Source of the DNA: an uncultured Gammaproteobacteria bacterium
Lineage (GTDB): Bacteria; Pseudomonadota; Gammaproteobacteria; DRLM01
Assembly: GCA_963729605.1 (NCBI GenBank)
Contig: CAVSNY010000007.1
Location: 288,001-352,000, forward strand
DNA: 64,000 bases
Reading direction: 5' to 3'
In this document: positions 22,901 through 32,592 of the stretch, piece after piece
Layout: each line of letters starts with the position of its first letter
Position numbering within the stretch: position 1 is the first letter of the stretch
The notes under the pieces: generated by a model
Seen by the model: only the letters and a program-made list of their open reading frames with translations
Told to the model about the DNA's origin: nothing
Databases searched by the model: none
Program-made: the position numbers and the translations under genes

Positions 22901-23383
22901 TGCCGCGACCCGGCCTTCATATACCACCACCGTGCCGTCTTGCTCGGTGCTCTTGACCAGAAATTCGGTGCCTTCGACGCCGGCGTTGACGTAAGGGGTG
23001 GAGACATTGAGGCGGCGCGGCACGCGGCTGATGAAATAACCGACGCCGCGCACCAGTTCCACCCACAAGCCGCCTTCTTCTTTCGGCGCGGTGAAATTCA
23101 TGGTGCTGAGCGCGCCGAGACGCAGCACGGTGTGATTGCTCAACACCAGCGCGGCGCGGCTGTTGGCGCCGACGCGGATGCGGTCATCGGGACAAAAGAT
23201 TTGCTTGGCCGCGCTGCCGCGCCAGGACCCGCCACCGTCTTCGCTGATGTCGACCTGGCCTTCGGCGGAGGCGAGGTTCGCCACCGGCGCGGCGCAGCGC
23301 GGTGTGTCGGCGTGGGTGATGGACAGCGGCGCGCCGCTCAACAACGCAACGGCAACGCCAAGAGTCAGCCTGCGATATCCCAT
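19997..23383 (-). CDS. FecR-domain + TPR + TonB-receptor-like beta-barrel outer-membrane protein (NsrA-like)
   Basis: Signal peptide, FecR motif TPYVNAGVEGTEF, multiple TPRs, C-terminal barrel ending in aromatic FWF. Confidence 0.85.
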   Translation of the reverse strand: MGYRRLTLGVAVALLSGAPLSITHADTPRCAAPVANLASAEGQVDISEDGGGSWRGSAAKQIFCPDDRIRVGANSRAALVLSNHTVLRLGALSTMNFTAPKEEGGLWVELVRGVGYFISRVPRRLNVSTPYVNAGVEGTEFLVKSTEQDGTVVVYEGRVAASNDQGRLVLTHGQSAVAGAAGAPDLRVLVRPREGLQWALHYPAVVQFDAADFAAREPLTRSLARLKEGDPTGALAALDTLSADSDDGRYLIYRASLHLGVGRVQEADADLARALTLVPDDGDALALQAIVALTQNDKDRGLELATRAAAAAPAAPGPRLALSYAWQARFELERARAEAGKAVELDPGNALAWARLAELQLMFGERDAALAAAQEAARLNPRSARSQSVLGYAQLNDMRLGAARRSFETAAGFDPSDPLPRLGLGLIDVREGHVASGRRHMELAASLDPDNALVRSYLGKAYFEEGRDGRAAAQWDTARLLDPSDPSPWFYDAILKQSTNRPVEALQDLQTSIALNDNRAVYRSRLLLDSDAAARGASLARIYGDLGFQQLALVEGWKSLAADPTNHSAHRFLADSYTGLPRHEVARVSEVLQAQLLQPITARPVSPSAAETSLFVLEGSGPTRAAFNEFTPLFAQDRLALQANLSGGSDDTWGDEAVVFGNYRNLAASVGQLHYSSDGYRDNNDFEQNIYNAFLQYDVSNSTSAQLEWRRRDIEGGDVAQRFGADNFDALLRQDFNQESARVGLRHAFSTRHILLGSIIYDRQDRHDTSSPTDFSALTEGYNAELQGIMQLKSHSMTIGAGHAEQRRRALLTFDFDGFIFPIEDSSGDREDHNLYLYDTFTPLAQLHLTLGLSYDKVTSDLFDEATALATHEDHSQFNPKFGLLWTPTQQTTVRLAAFRTLRRLTHANQTIEPTQIAGFNQFFDDIIGTKAKRHGIGFDHQFSASRFAGVEFSRRDSDKQVIDPGLGTTTQETNNETLHRAYFYQILNPRWNIATEYFFGHASRDFIQGEADTANPVKLTTHYLPLSLNYHQPRGFFSKTALNLVSQRVAFATEQELARDKATFTTMDITLGYRLPSRKTILSVTAQNIFDNQFDFHDTSLSTETPTPLLARFRPERSVFANVAFWF

Positions 23384-23490
23384 GGGGATCGGTCCTTCCT
23401 AACCATTTCGCACTTTATATATGCCCGGCGGGCGCCGGGTCTGTGAGCTATTGCTGGCAAGTATAGTGAATATTCCCGGAGGCGCCTAAC

Positions 23491-25689
23491 TCATTTGTGC
23501 TCCACGGTTAACACACCCCGCCAGTCGTCGGGCGGCGACAACAGATACTGTTCGCACCGCGCGGCGAAGTAGCGGCTGGGACCGTCGTCGGGCGCTTCTT
23601 GGCGTAAGCTCGCGAAGGCGGCGCGCGCCTCGCCCCACTGCCCCAGTCCGAAATGGTGCAAGGCCTGCGCGAAGCGCGCGATGAAGTCCCGTTGATCGGC
23701 AGTGACGTCGCCGTCGCGGCCGATCAATTCGTGTACGACTACGCTCTGGCTTTTACCCGCCAGCAGAAACGCACCGAGCGGCCGGGTGACGAAACCCCGC
23801 ACGCCGATCAGCGTATCGGCGGAGACCAGCACCGAGGTACCCAGGGTTTTGTTGAGCGACTGAATGCGATTGGCGGTGTTGACGATGTCGCCCACCGCGC
23901 GGTACTCGAAGTGATCCAGCGCGCCGATGTTGCCCAGCACCATGTCGCCGCAGTGCAGGCCGATGCGGGTAGGCAGCGGCGGCCGGTCCGCCTGCCGGCA
24001 AAATTCACCGACCGCGGTTTGGATGTCGAGCGCGGCGGCGAGGGCCTTGGCGCATACCGAGGTGTCGGGTTGCGGCGACGGCCAGATGGCCAGCATGGCG
24101 TCGCCCACCACGTCGGAGATGATGCCTTGCCGCTCGCGCACCGGCTTGAAGAGGATTTGATAATAGTCGTTCATCAACACGCTCAAGACGGCGGGTTGCA
24201 GGGTCTCGGCCAGGCTGGTGTAACAGGCCGCGTCGGTGGCGAGGCAAATGCCGAAGGTATGTTCACTCGGCGCGTGCACGCCGTCGCGATGCGCGAGCAA
24301 GCGGTCGACCACGTGTTTGGGTACGAACTGGCCGAAGGTCTCCTGCAATTGCCGGCGCTGATGGTGGCTCAGCCAGTAATGGCCGAACAGGCCGAGGAAC
24401 AAGGCCAGTGGTGTTTGGATGAACAGCGGGATCACCAGCGGCACCCACAGGTCGTATATGTCGAACAGTTGCGCGGCGACCGCGTAATACGCGCCGGCCA
24501 ACGCCAAGCCCGCGGCGATGGCGGCCGGCGCCGGCAGATGGCGGCAGACGAAGGTGATCAGACCACCGTAGCCTATCACCAGCAGCAACATGGCGAGGGT
24601 GGCGGGCGGGTGCAAGGTTTCGCGATGGAGTAGATTGGCGAAGGCGGTGGCGGCGATCTCCACGCCGCTCAAATCCAGGCCGTCCTCTTGCGAGAACACC
24701 GTGTAGAAACCGTCGCGTTGCAGCGGCTGGCGCTGTTCGGCGAAACCGACGAACACCGCCTTGCCGGCGATACGCGCGGCCAGCGCGGCGGGATCGCCGT
24801 TGATGATCTCATCGTAGCGCAGCGTGGTGATGCTGCGCGGCGGACCGTAAAAATTGATGAAGGGCTGGGGATCGTTGCGATAGGCGTCGCGCAAGGCGGC
24901 GAGCGGCCGCGGCGCGTCGGCCGCGGGCCGGTTGATTTGATCGAGCAGGGTCGGCGTAGTGCGCAGGTGGTCCAGCGCCTTCGCGCTCGACGTGTCGAGC
25001 AGGGCGATAAAAGTCGCACCTTCGGTATTCCTCACCCCGGCGAGGGCGGCACGCAGCGCGGGCAGACTATATTGTTCCAGCGTCGCCAGCGGCAGGGTCG
25101 GCATGCCGCCGGCGGAGTGTTGCAAGGTCCAAAAGCGGCTGACCCGCGCCGGCACCTTGGGCAGGGCGAAGGGCGCCACCCGCGCGGCGGCCTCGGCGAA
25201 TATCGGCGCGGGCGGGATCAGGCGCTCGACGGCGGCGATGGAATCGCCGGCCTCGCCGAGCCGCACCGCCTCGCGTTCGAGGTAGGCGAACAGCACCACG
25301 TTGCCGGCGCGGCGGATGGCCGCGCTCAAGGCCGCGTCGTCGGCGGGGTCGCGTGCTTCCTTGAAATGAATGTCGAAGGTGATCGTGGCGGCGCCCGCGG
25401 CGTGGAGCTGCTCGATCAGCCGGGCATGCAGGCGGCGCGGCCAGCGGGCGGGGTCATTGGCCTCGCCCAGCGCGGCGGCGGCCTGGTGCTCGATGGGCAC
25501 CACCGCCACCTCGGCGGGCGCGGGCCGGGCGCCGCGCTGTTTAAATAAGAGAGCGAGTCCCGCCTCCTCCTCCACATATTGGCCCAGCGGCAGGATCAGC
25601 AGCAGCGCGCCCAGCGCCGCCACCAGCAGGCTCAAGGTGAGCGGCCGGAGCAGCGTGCTGATATTCCAGAGGCGGGGCGTTGCCGGCAT
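23491..25689 (-). CDS. CHASE2-domain adenylate/guanylate cyclase
   Basis: CHASE2 (WPRRLHARLIEQL, FDIHF, SGVEIAATAFANL), 3 TM, class III cyclase (GDAMLAIW, RIGLHCG, VGDIVNTANRIQ). Confidence 0.92.
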   Translation of the reverse strand: MPATPRLWNISTLLRPLTLSLLVAALGALLLILPLGQYVEEEAGLALLFKQRGARPAPAEVAVVPIEHQAAAALGEANDPARWPRRLHARLIEQLHAAGAATITFDIHFKEARDPADDAALSAAIRRAGNVVLFAYLEREAVRLGEAGDSIAAVERLIPPAPIFAEAAARVAPFALPKVPARVSRFWTLQHSAGGMPTLPLATLEQYSLPALRAALAGVRNTEGATFIALLDTSSAKALDHLRTTPTLLDQINRPAADAPRPLAALRDAYRNDPQPFINFYGPPRSITTLRYDEIINGDPAALAARIAGKAVFVGFAEQRQPLQRDGFYTVFSQEDGLDLSGVEIAATAFANLLHRETLHPPATLAMLLLVIGYGGLITFVCRHLPAPAAIAAGLALAGAYYAVAAQLFDIYDLWVPLVIPLFIQTPLALFLGLFGHYWLSHHQRRQLQETFGQFVPKHVVDRLLAHRDGVHAPSEHTFGICLATDAACYTSLAETLQPAVLSVLMNDYYQILFKPVRERQGIISDVVGDAMLAIWPSPQPDTSVCAKALAAALDIQTAVGEFCRQADRPPLPTRIGLHCGDMVLGNIGALDHFEYRAVGDIVNTANRIQSLNKTLGTSVLVSADTLIGVRGFVTRPLGAFLLAGKSQSVVVHELIGRDGDVTADQRDFIARFAQALHHFGLGQWGEARAAFASLRQEAPDDGPSRYFAARCEQYLLSPPDDWRGVLTVEHK

Positions 25690-25839
25690 GGTGCTGAACA
25701 GTGCTCAAGTGGACGCGGATCGAACCGCGGGGTTACACTTGCCGCATTGTGCGCAGGGAGGCGTAGGTGCGCAAGTTACGCGCGTAGCGGCGATCACTCG
25801 GCATCTCGGCGATATCTCTCTGAAGGGCGCATGGCGGCG

Positions 25840-25905
25840 TTCAAAATCGAAACTCAAAATGCTCACATACTTCGTGTATGCTCCGCTTTTCCGTTCGATT
25901 TTGCC
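25840..25905. repeat. Short imperfect palindromic repeat element
   Basis: CAAAATCGAA...AAAATGCTCACATACTTCGTGTATGCTCCGCTTTT...TTCGATTTTG nested hairpin between divergent genes. Confidence 0.5.
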
Positions 25906-25959
25906 CTGCACCGCGTCCCTTGACCGAATAGTGCGCAGGTGCTCAATGCGGTGGACTCC

Positions 25960-26604
25960 ATGTTAAAAAACATCCCTCTGTTTTCGGGCCTGAACGAGGC
26001 CGAGCTGGCCGAGATCGCCAAACACGCGGTGGTGCGCAGTTATCCGAAAAACACCGTGATCATCAACGAGGGGGACCGCAGCGATTCCCTGTATGTGATC
26101 GATCAGGGCCGGGTGAAAATTTATTTGAGCGACGAGCAGGGCAAGGAGGTCGTGCTCAACAGCCAGGGACCCGGCGAATACTTCGGCGAACTGGCCTTGC
26201 TCGACGACGCGGCGCGTTCCGCCTCGGTGATGACCCTCGAACGCTGCACCTTTTGCATCCTCACCAAAGACGTTTTCCAAAAACTGCTGGGCGACAATCC
26301 CCACATCGCCATCAGCCTCATCAAAGACCTCACCAGCCGGGTGCGCATGCTGACCGACAACGTCAAGAGCCTGGCCCTGCTCGACGTGTACGGCCGGGTG
26401 GCCAAGACCCTGCTGGGCATGGCCACGCCGCTCGGCGACAAGCTGGTGATCGAAGACAAACTCACCCAGCAGGACATCGCCGACCGGGTGGGCGCCTCGC
26501 GGGAAATGGTCTCGCGTATTCTCAAAGACCTCGCCACCGGCGGTTACATCCACATGGAACAGCGCCACATCGTCATCAACGACCGCTTGCCGACGCGTTA
26601 TTAA
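25960..26604 (+). CDS. Crp/Fnr-family cNMP-binding transcriptional regulator
   Basis: FGELALLDDAARSASV cNMP pocket and TQQDIADRVGASREMVSR HTH. Confidence 0.93.
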   Translation: MLKNIPLFSGLNEAELAEIAKHAVVRSYPKNTVIINEGDRSDSLYVIDQGRVKIYLSDEQGKEVVLNSQGPGEYFGELALLDDAARSASVMTLERCTFCILTKDVFQKLLGDNPHIAISLIKDLTSRVRMLTDNVKSLALLDVYGRVAKTLLGMATPLGDKLVIEDKLTQQDIADRVGASREMVSRILKDLATGGYIHMEQRHIVINDRLPTRY

Positions 26605-26732
26605 AAGCGTTCTCGCCGCGGGGAACCCACTGCGGCGTTTCCCTGCTGAATACTAAGAACTGCCTTGATAAAGCCTCACGCGGCAGACCAAGCACCGTCG
26701 GCTCAGGCCGCAAACCCTCCTTGGAAAGACGT

Positions 26733-27018
26733 AACCACCCCGTCCGCTTCGCGTCCACCCCTCCTTGCATAAGGAGGGGAGATGGATGTTTTCTCTCTTC
26801 CTGATGAGGAGTGTTACAGGTCGCAATCGATGATGCGGCGGGGAACCGGGAGATTAATGTTTCTCCTCTCCTTGGATAAGGAACGTTACAGATCGCAATC
26901 GATGATGCGGTGGGGAATGGGGTGATGGATGTTTCTTTCCCTCCTTGGATAAGGAGAGGTGATGGATGTTTCTCCCCTCCTCTATGAGGAGGGGTGCCCC
27001 GACGGGGCGGGGTGGTGA
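26733..27018. repeat. REP-like doublet expanded by degenerate internal tandem repeats
   Basis: Terminal CCACCCC...CCCCTCCTTGCATAAGGAGGGG and its inverse; internal GTTACAGnTCGCAATCGATGATGCGG x2 and CTCCTTGGATAAGGA x2. Confidence 0.8.
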
Positions 27019-27059
27019 AGGGACGTGGCATCGTCAATGAATGGTTTAGTAATTCAGCC

Positions 27060-27437
27060 CGCTCCTTGGGCGCCGCCGCGACGCAGAATCATCGCACCGG
27101 CGTGATGCGCATACGCTACCAAGTCAAATCCTTGCCCGCCGGCACGGTGGTCAAGACCGGCAAGACCATCAACTTCACTAAAATTCCGCCGTCGAGCAAG
27201 ACCACGGTGTTGTACCGCAACGCGGCGCCCTTCGATTCCAACAGCGCCTATTGCGGCACCGAGAGTTATTACTAGGCGGTGAGCAACGTGGACGACAACG
27301 ACGCCAATCATTTCGACGAGGCCTTCGCGTGGGACACCACCGCCCTGCCCAACGGTACTTATTGGGTGGAAGTGACGGCGTGGGATGCCTCGAACAATAG
27401 CGCGTCGATCTTGAAACAGGTGCGCATCGTCAATTGA
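27060..27437 (+). pseudogene. C-terminal fragment of a secreted protein with an Ig-like domain and an in-frame TAG
   Basis: Frame continues past TAG 27273-27275 into FAWDTTALPNGTYWVEVTAWDASNNSA...VRIVN*; no credible start. Confidence 0.7.
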
Positions 27438-27455
27438 GATGCGTTGTCGCGTGCG

Positions 27456-27482
27456 ACGGAGTCCGCGCGGCTCCGTTTTTTT
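27456..27482 (+). terminator. Rho-independent terminator
   Basis: ACGGAG...CTCCGT stem followed by a T-tract. Confidence 0.75.
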
Positions 27483-27663
27483 ATGGGGGCCGGTTGATTG
27501 ATCCGGGTGTGGCCTGAGCATCGCCTTCATCCGCCCGGCGACGCGCCCCAATTCGGAGCGCGCCGACCAAACGGCCCGGTCTTTATCGGCGGCGCATAAA
27601 CCCACTTCTCCACGACCATCTGAGTTAAAATACGCCGCATTAAAATTAACGAGCGGAGGGGTT

Positions 27664-29762
27664 ATGGGGCAGCCGGCAGCGGTGCGGCCAGCGCGACGGC
27701 CATGGGCGATCCTGATGTGGATAGCGATCTCGATCCTTGGCGCGTCGGCGGTGGGTGGCATCGCATTGTCGCGCGGCGAGACCATCAACAGTCTGTGGTT
27801 CATCGTCGCGGCGGTGTGCGTCTACGCCATCGGCTACCGTTTCTACAGCGCCTTCATCGCCGCTAAAGTACTTGCGCTCGACGCGACCCGCGCGACGCCG
27901 GCCGAGCGCTTCAACGACGGCCGTGACTTCGTCCCCACCAACAAATGGGTGGTGTTCGGTCACCACTTCGCCGCCATCGCCGGCCCCGGCCCGCTGATCG
28001 GGCCGACCCTCGCCGCGCAGTTCGGCTACCTGCCCGGCACGCTGTGGATCCTGATCGGCGCGGTGCTGGGCGGCTGCGTACAGGACTTCGTCATGCTGTT
28101 TTTCTCGACGCGACGCAACGGCCGCTCGCTCGGCCAGATGGCGCGCGACGAACTCGGCCCCATCGGCGGCATCGCCGCGCTGGTCGGCGTAATGATGATC
28201 ATGGTCATCCTGATCGCGGTGCTGGGCCTCGTCGTGGTCAATGCGATGAAGCACAGCCCGTGGGCGACCTCGACGGTCGCGGCCACCATCCCCATCGCGA
28301 TTCTGATCGGCCTCTACATGCGCAACATCCGGCCGGGCCGGGTGCTCGAAGGCACCTTGATCGGCGTCGCGCTGCTGCTGCTCGCGGTCGCGGGCGGCGG
28401 CTGGATCGATCAGCACGCAACCCTCCGCCAATGGTTCGACTACGACGGCCCGACGCTCGCGCTGATGATCATCGCCTACGGCTTCGTCGCGGCGGTGACT
28501 GCCGGTATGGCTGCTGCTCGCGCCGCGCGACTACCTCTCGACCTTCATGAAGATCGGCACGGTGATCGCGCTCGCGGTCGCCATCGTGATTCTGCGTCCC
28601 GATGTGCAGATGCCGGCGCTCACCCAGTTCATCGACGGCACCGGCCCGATCTTCGGCGGCGCGCTGTTCCCGTTCGTATTCATCACCATCGCCTGCGGCG
28701 CGATCTCGGGCTTCCACTCGCTGATCGCCTCGGGCACCACGCCCAAGCTGCTCGCCAACGAGCGCGACATCCGCTTCATCGGCTACGGCGCGATGATGAT
28801 GGAATCCTTCGTCGCGATCATGGCGATGATCGCCGCGACGCGTGCTCGACCCCGGCGTGTATTTCGCGATCAACAGCCCGGCCGGCGTGGTCGGCGCGAC
28901 CGCCGCCGAGGCCGTCGCCACAATCAGCAGCTGGGGTTTTCCGGTCACGGTCGAGCAGATGGAACAGCTCGCGCGAGAAATGGGCGAGAGCACGCTGTTC
29001 GCGCGCACCGGCGGCGCGCCGTCGCTGGCGGTGGGCATGGCCAGCATCTTCTCGCAGGCCTTCGGCCAGGGCATGCTCGCCATGTGGTACCACTTCGCCA
29101 TCATGTTCGAGGCCTTGTTCATCCTGACGACCCTCGACGCCGGCACCCGCGTCGGCCGTTTCATGCTGCAAGACTTGCTCGGCAACGTCGTGCCCGCGTT
29201 GGGCCGCACCAGCTGGTATCCCAGCGTGCTGTTCACGAGCGCGTGCGTGGTCGCGGCCTGGGGATACTTCCTCTACATGGGCGCCATCGATCCGCTCGGC
29301 GGCATCAACAGCCTGTGGCCGCTGTTCGGCATCTCCAATCAAATGCTCGCGGCGATTGCGCTGTGCGTGGGCACCACCATCCTCGTCAAGTCGGGCAAGC
29401 TGCGCTACACGTGGGTGACCGGCGTGCCGCTCGCGTGGCTGGTGGTCATCACCACCACCGCGGCCTGGGAGAAGCTGTTCAGCCCCGAGGTGCGCATCGG
29501 CTTTCTCGCGCACGCGAACGACCTCGCCGACAAGCTCGCCGCGGGCGTGCTGCCGCCCGACAAGGCCGCGACCGCGCCGCATATCATTTTCAACGACCGG
29601 CTCGACGCGGCGCTCACCGCTTTCTTCCTGATCACGACCTGGGTGATCGTGATCGACATGCTGCGCGTCTGCTATTGCGCCTTGCGTGGCCATAAGCACC
29701 CGCCGCTCAGCGAGGCGCCGCACGTGCCGAGCCGGCTCGTTGAAAAGTGGGTGAGGGATTGA
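27664..29762 (+). pseudogene. cstA: Carbon starvation protein A (CstA/BtsT peptide/pyruvate transporter) with two +1 frameshifts
   Basis: GHHFAAIAGPGPLIGP, IACGAISGFH and RTGGAPSLAVGMA are split over three frames; extra base at ~28498 (AV-LPVWLLLAPRDYLS) and at ~28841. Confidence 0.85.
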
Positions 29763-29764
29763 GC

Positions 29765-29956
29765 ATGAATAAACCGCATTGGTGGAACACGCTGTGGTCG
29801 GGCCTGCGCCGGGTGAGCGGCGACGATGCTTATGAACGTTACCTCGCCCACTGGCGCGAGCACCATGCCCATGAAGGCGGCGAGCCGCTCGATCGCAAGG
29901 ACTTCTTCAAGGCCGAGCAGGCACGCAAGTGGAATGGCGTGCGGCGTTGCTGTTGA
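29765..29956 (+). CDS. YbdD/YjiX family (DUF466) CstA-associated protein
   Basis: GDDAYERYLAHWREHH...RRCC directly downstream of cstA. Confidence 0.9.
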   Translation: MNKPHWWNTLWSGLRRVSGDDAYERYLAHWREHHAHEGGEPLDRKDFFKAEQARKWNGVRRCC

Positions 29957-30305
29957 AGATGGATCCCGTCATGTGGGCATTGTCTCCCGGATAATTGTCT
30001 TAAATTTTTCCTGGGATCACAGGATTAGATTGACGCTGATGGATGAGCAAGCTATATAATCTAAGTGAGCTTTATTCAACGTGAAGCGTTGACCTCATAT
30101 ATTCATCTCCATGAATGCATGAGTCGCTAAAGGCAGCGACCACCCCGCAGTGCAATTCTGATTTTACCTCTTTGGAATTTCCGAATAGCTGTGCCAGCAT
30201 TAATAATTTCAAACCAAGAGAAAAAGCGCAACGAGGGCGATTGATATACTTGTGGCGACCGCCTAATGAAAATCAAAGTCGTAATAATGTAAAGGAGTAA
30301 ATGAT

Positions 30306-30371
30306 ATGGAAGGCGTATTGGTAATCGTTGTGTTAGTCCTGCTGGTCATTTTTTTGGCAAAACGCGTGTAA
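30306..30371 (+). CDS. Putative 21-aa single-TM small protein
   Basis: AAGGAG 8 nt before ATG; MEGVLVIVVLVLLVIFLAKRV*. Confidence 0.55.
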   Translation: MEGVLVIVVLVLLVIFLAKRV

Positions 30372-30462
30372 AAAGAATTTTTGGTCCCGTTGCCGACGCT
30401 GTCGGGGGCGGGGCCAGAACCAACGATAAATACGGCGCGGCGCGTTTTCCGAGTGGAACTTC

Positions 30463-31143
30463 ATGCAGCTTGAGGTCGATCGTCTTTGCAAAATTTATAA
30501 AGGGACGAGAGGTCTGCAGGCCACGGACTTTACCGTCGAAAAAGGCGAGTTGATCGCCGTGGTGGGGCATAACGGCGCGGGTAAGTCGACGCTGTTGAAG
30601 ATGATCGCAGGCTGGCTGGTACCGGATAACGGACGGGTGCGGGTCGACGGGATCGATCTCGGCGACAGGCGGGCCCTGGTTAGAAAAATCGGTTTCGTCC
30701 CGGAAACGCCGAACCTCTTCGATTTCTTTTCGGTGGAATATAATCTCGTGCTTTTTGGCCGCCTGTTTCAGGTTGCCTCTTCGCGTATCGAAGAAACGCT
30801 GCAAGAATTCAATCTACTGCCATTTCGCCATAGCAAAGTGCAAACCTTGTCGAAAGGTTTGAAACAGCGAGTCAGTATAGCCCGCTCCTTGTTGGCGGAT
30901 GCGCCTCTCCTGCTCCTGGACGAACCGACTTCGGGACTCGATTTTGAAATGACCAGGGAAATTTACCTGTCGCTCGGTAAAATCCACGCGTCGGGCAAGA
31001 CCATTCTTTTTACTTCTCATCGACCCGAAGAAATTAAAAGCCTGGCCACCCGGATCATGGTGCTGCATCAAGGCTCGCTGGTTTTCGACGGGCAACCTTC
31101 GGCATATTTCACGTCGAACATTCATCAGACTCTTTATTCATGA
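30463..31143 (+). CDS. ABC transporter ATP-binding protein
   Basis: GHNGAGKST, LSKGLKQR, LLLDEPT. Confidence 0.93.
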   Translation: MQLEVDRLCKIYKGTRGLQATDFTVEKGELIAVVGHNGAGKSTLLKMIAGWLVPDNGRVRVDGIDLGDRRALVRKIGFVPETPNLFDFFSVEYNLVLFGRLFQVASSRIEETLQEFNLLPFRHSKVQTLSKGLKQRVSIARSLLADAPLLLLDEPTSGLDFEMTREIYLSLGKIHASGKTILFTSHRPEEIKSLATRIMVLHQGSLVFDGQPSAYFTSNIHQTLYS

Positions 31144-32174
31144 TCAGAAATGTCGCGATATTAATCGCCAATGACCTGGCCATCGCCTTCAAAAACAAAA
31201 CGCTTTATTTAGTCTTATTTATTCCGCTTTTTGTCTTCGTGGTATTGCAGCTGGTGGACGGCAACCGGCTGGAGACGCAAAAAATAAAAATCGGGCTGGT
31301 CGAACACGCGCAATATACGCCGGCGTTGCTGCAAAGCCTGCGGTCGGCCGACCGCGTCTTTACGATTTCCTGGTTTGCCGATCAAGCGGACGCGCAACGC
31401 TGGGTCAAGGAAAAAAACGGCGATGGTGTTTTAATCCCGTCCGCCGAGCAAGCCGAGGGCGTCACTTTAATCGTGCTGGCGAAGGCCTCCTTTCAAACCC
31501 TGGCCATCGTCGAAGGTGTTTCCGAGTTGCAGCGGATGCTCGAGGGGAAAAGTAAAAGCTGGATTTCGGAGATACATTCCCTGCAAGAAGAGGGGATACA
31601 GCAGCAAATGCTGCCGACCTGGATTTTAATGCTGGTGCTGCTGGTCGGATTCATTGTCCTGCCGGCGCAAGTGGCCGAAGAAAAAGAAAAGAAACTCCTG
31701 CTCGGGTTGTTGCAGACTCCGATAAGCGAGGTGGAATGGCTGCTCGCCAAGGTCGCCTTGGGAATGATTTTAATCGCCATTGCGGCGGCACTCCTGCAAT
31801 TGATGGCGGGCGTTGATTTTGGCCTCGTAAGCGGCTGGAGTTATTTCGCCTTCCTAATGGTCGGCGGTTTCTGTTTCAGCGCCTTCGGAATTCTAGTGGG
31901 TTTTTTATGCCAGACTCAAGCGAGTGCGCGAACCTTGGGAGTGCTGTTTTACCTGCCGCACCTGCTTCCTTCGGCACTTTCGGATTTCTCCCAGGAATTA
32001 ACCAAAGTCGCGCCGTTAATTCCCTCATATCCCTTTTACGAACCGGTTAAATCGATTTTGTTGGAAGGCGCCGGCCTCTTTGAATTTCCTGTGCAATGGC
32101 TGGCCCTGTTCGGAATCGGTGTCTTCACATTATTTCTATCACACCGCTTGATGAAAAAACGCTGGCTGATGTAA
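31140..32174 (+). CDS. ABC-2 type transporter permease
   Basis: EEKEKKLLLGLLQTP motif, TM helices, ATGA overlap with the ATPase. Confidence 0.9.
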   Translation: MIRNVAILIANDLAIAFKNKTLYLVLFIPLFVFVVLQLVDGNRLETQKIKIGLVEHAQYTPALLQSLRSADRVFTISWFADQADAQRWVKEKNGDGVLIPSAEQAEGVTLIVLAKASFQTLAIVEGVSELQRMLEGKSKSWISEIHSLQEEGIQQQMLPTWILMLVLLVGFIVLPAQVAEEKEKKLLLGLLQTPISEVEWLLAKVALGMILIAIAAALLQLMAGVDFGLVSGWSYFAFLMVGGFCFSAFGILVGFLCQTQASARTLGVLFYLPHLLPSALSDFSQELTKVAPLIPSYPFYEPVKSILLEGAGLFEFPVQWLALFGIGVFTLFLSHRLMKKRWLM

Positions 32175-32592
32175 CGGCGGTCGTTGAAAGCCGCTGTGCT
32201 GTATCCATCGGGCGCGATGCCCAATTTCAGTACATGGCTTAAGTTATACGGCTGGCTTTTCCAAAATGAAAGGTTATGCTTTTCTATAGCAAGTCGTTGA
32301 TCATCCGCTGCGATGCAGTGTTTGGCCCGCAGTGCCGTCTCGGTGATTCAAGGTGTAGGTTCTTTAGCCGGACGACATGCGGCGCCGGCCTCTCACGGAA
32401 TTCAAAGTTCCGCCCTAGCCCATTCTGGTGAGTTGTCTGCCCGCAAATCTCTTGGATATCTGATCCGGTTGATCGTTCCGGCCCTGTCGAATCAAGTCGG
32501 CCCTAATGCTAGCCCGTCTTCATCCTCGGTTGACACTCACCGGTCATCGGCACCCCGCTTGCAGATATTTGCATTAATAGAAGGACCGCGAC

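Noticed and set aside
27273-27275. Pyrrolysine or readthrough at the in-frame TAG
   Set aside because: The gene is also 5'-truncated and there is no pyl evidence; a nonsense mutation is simpler
28490-28845. Programmed frameshifting in cstA
   Set aside because: No slippery sequence at either site, and two successive shifts would be needed
29945-29956. Selenocysteine in YbdD/YjiX (and in the UshA-like CGC motif)
   Set aside because: Both positions are TGC/TGT Cys codons; the TGA follows a complete CC terminus
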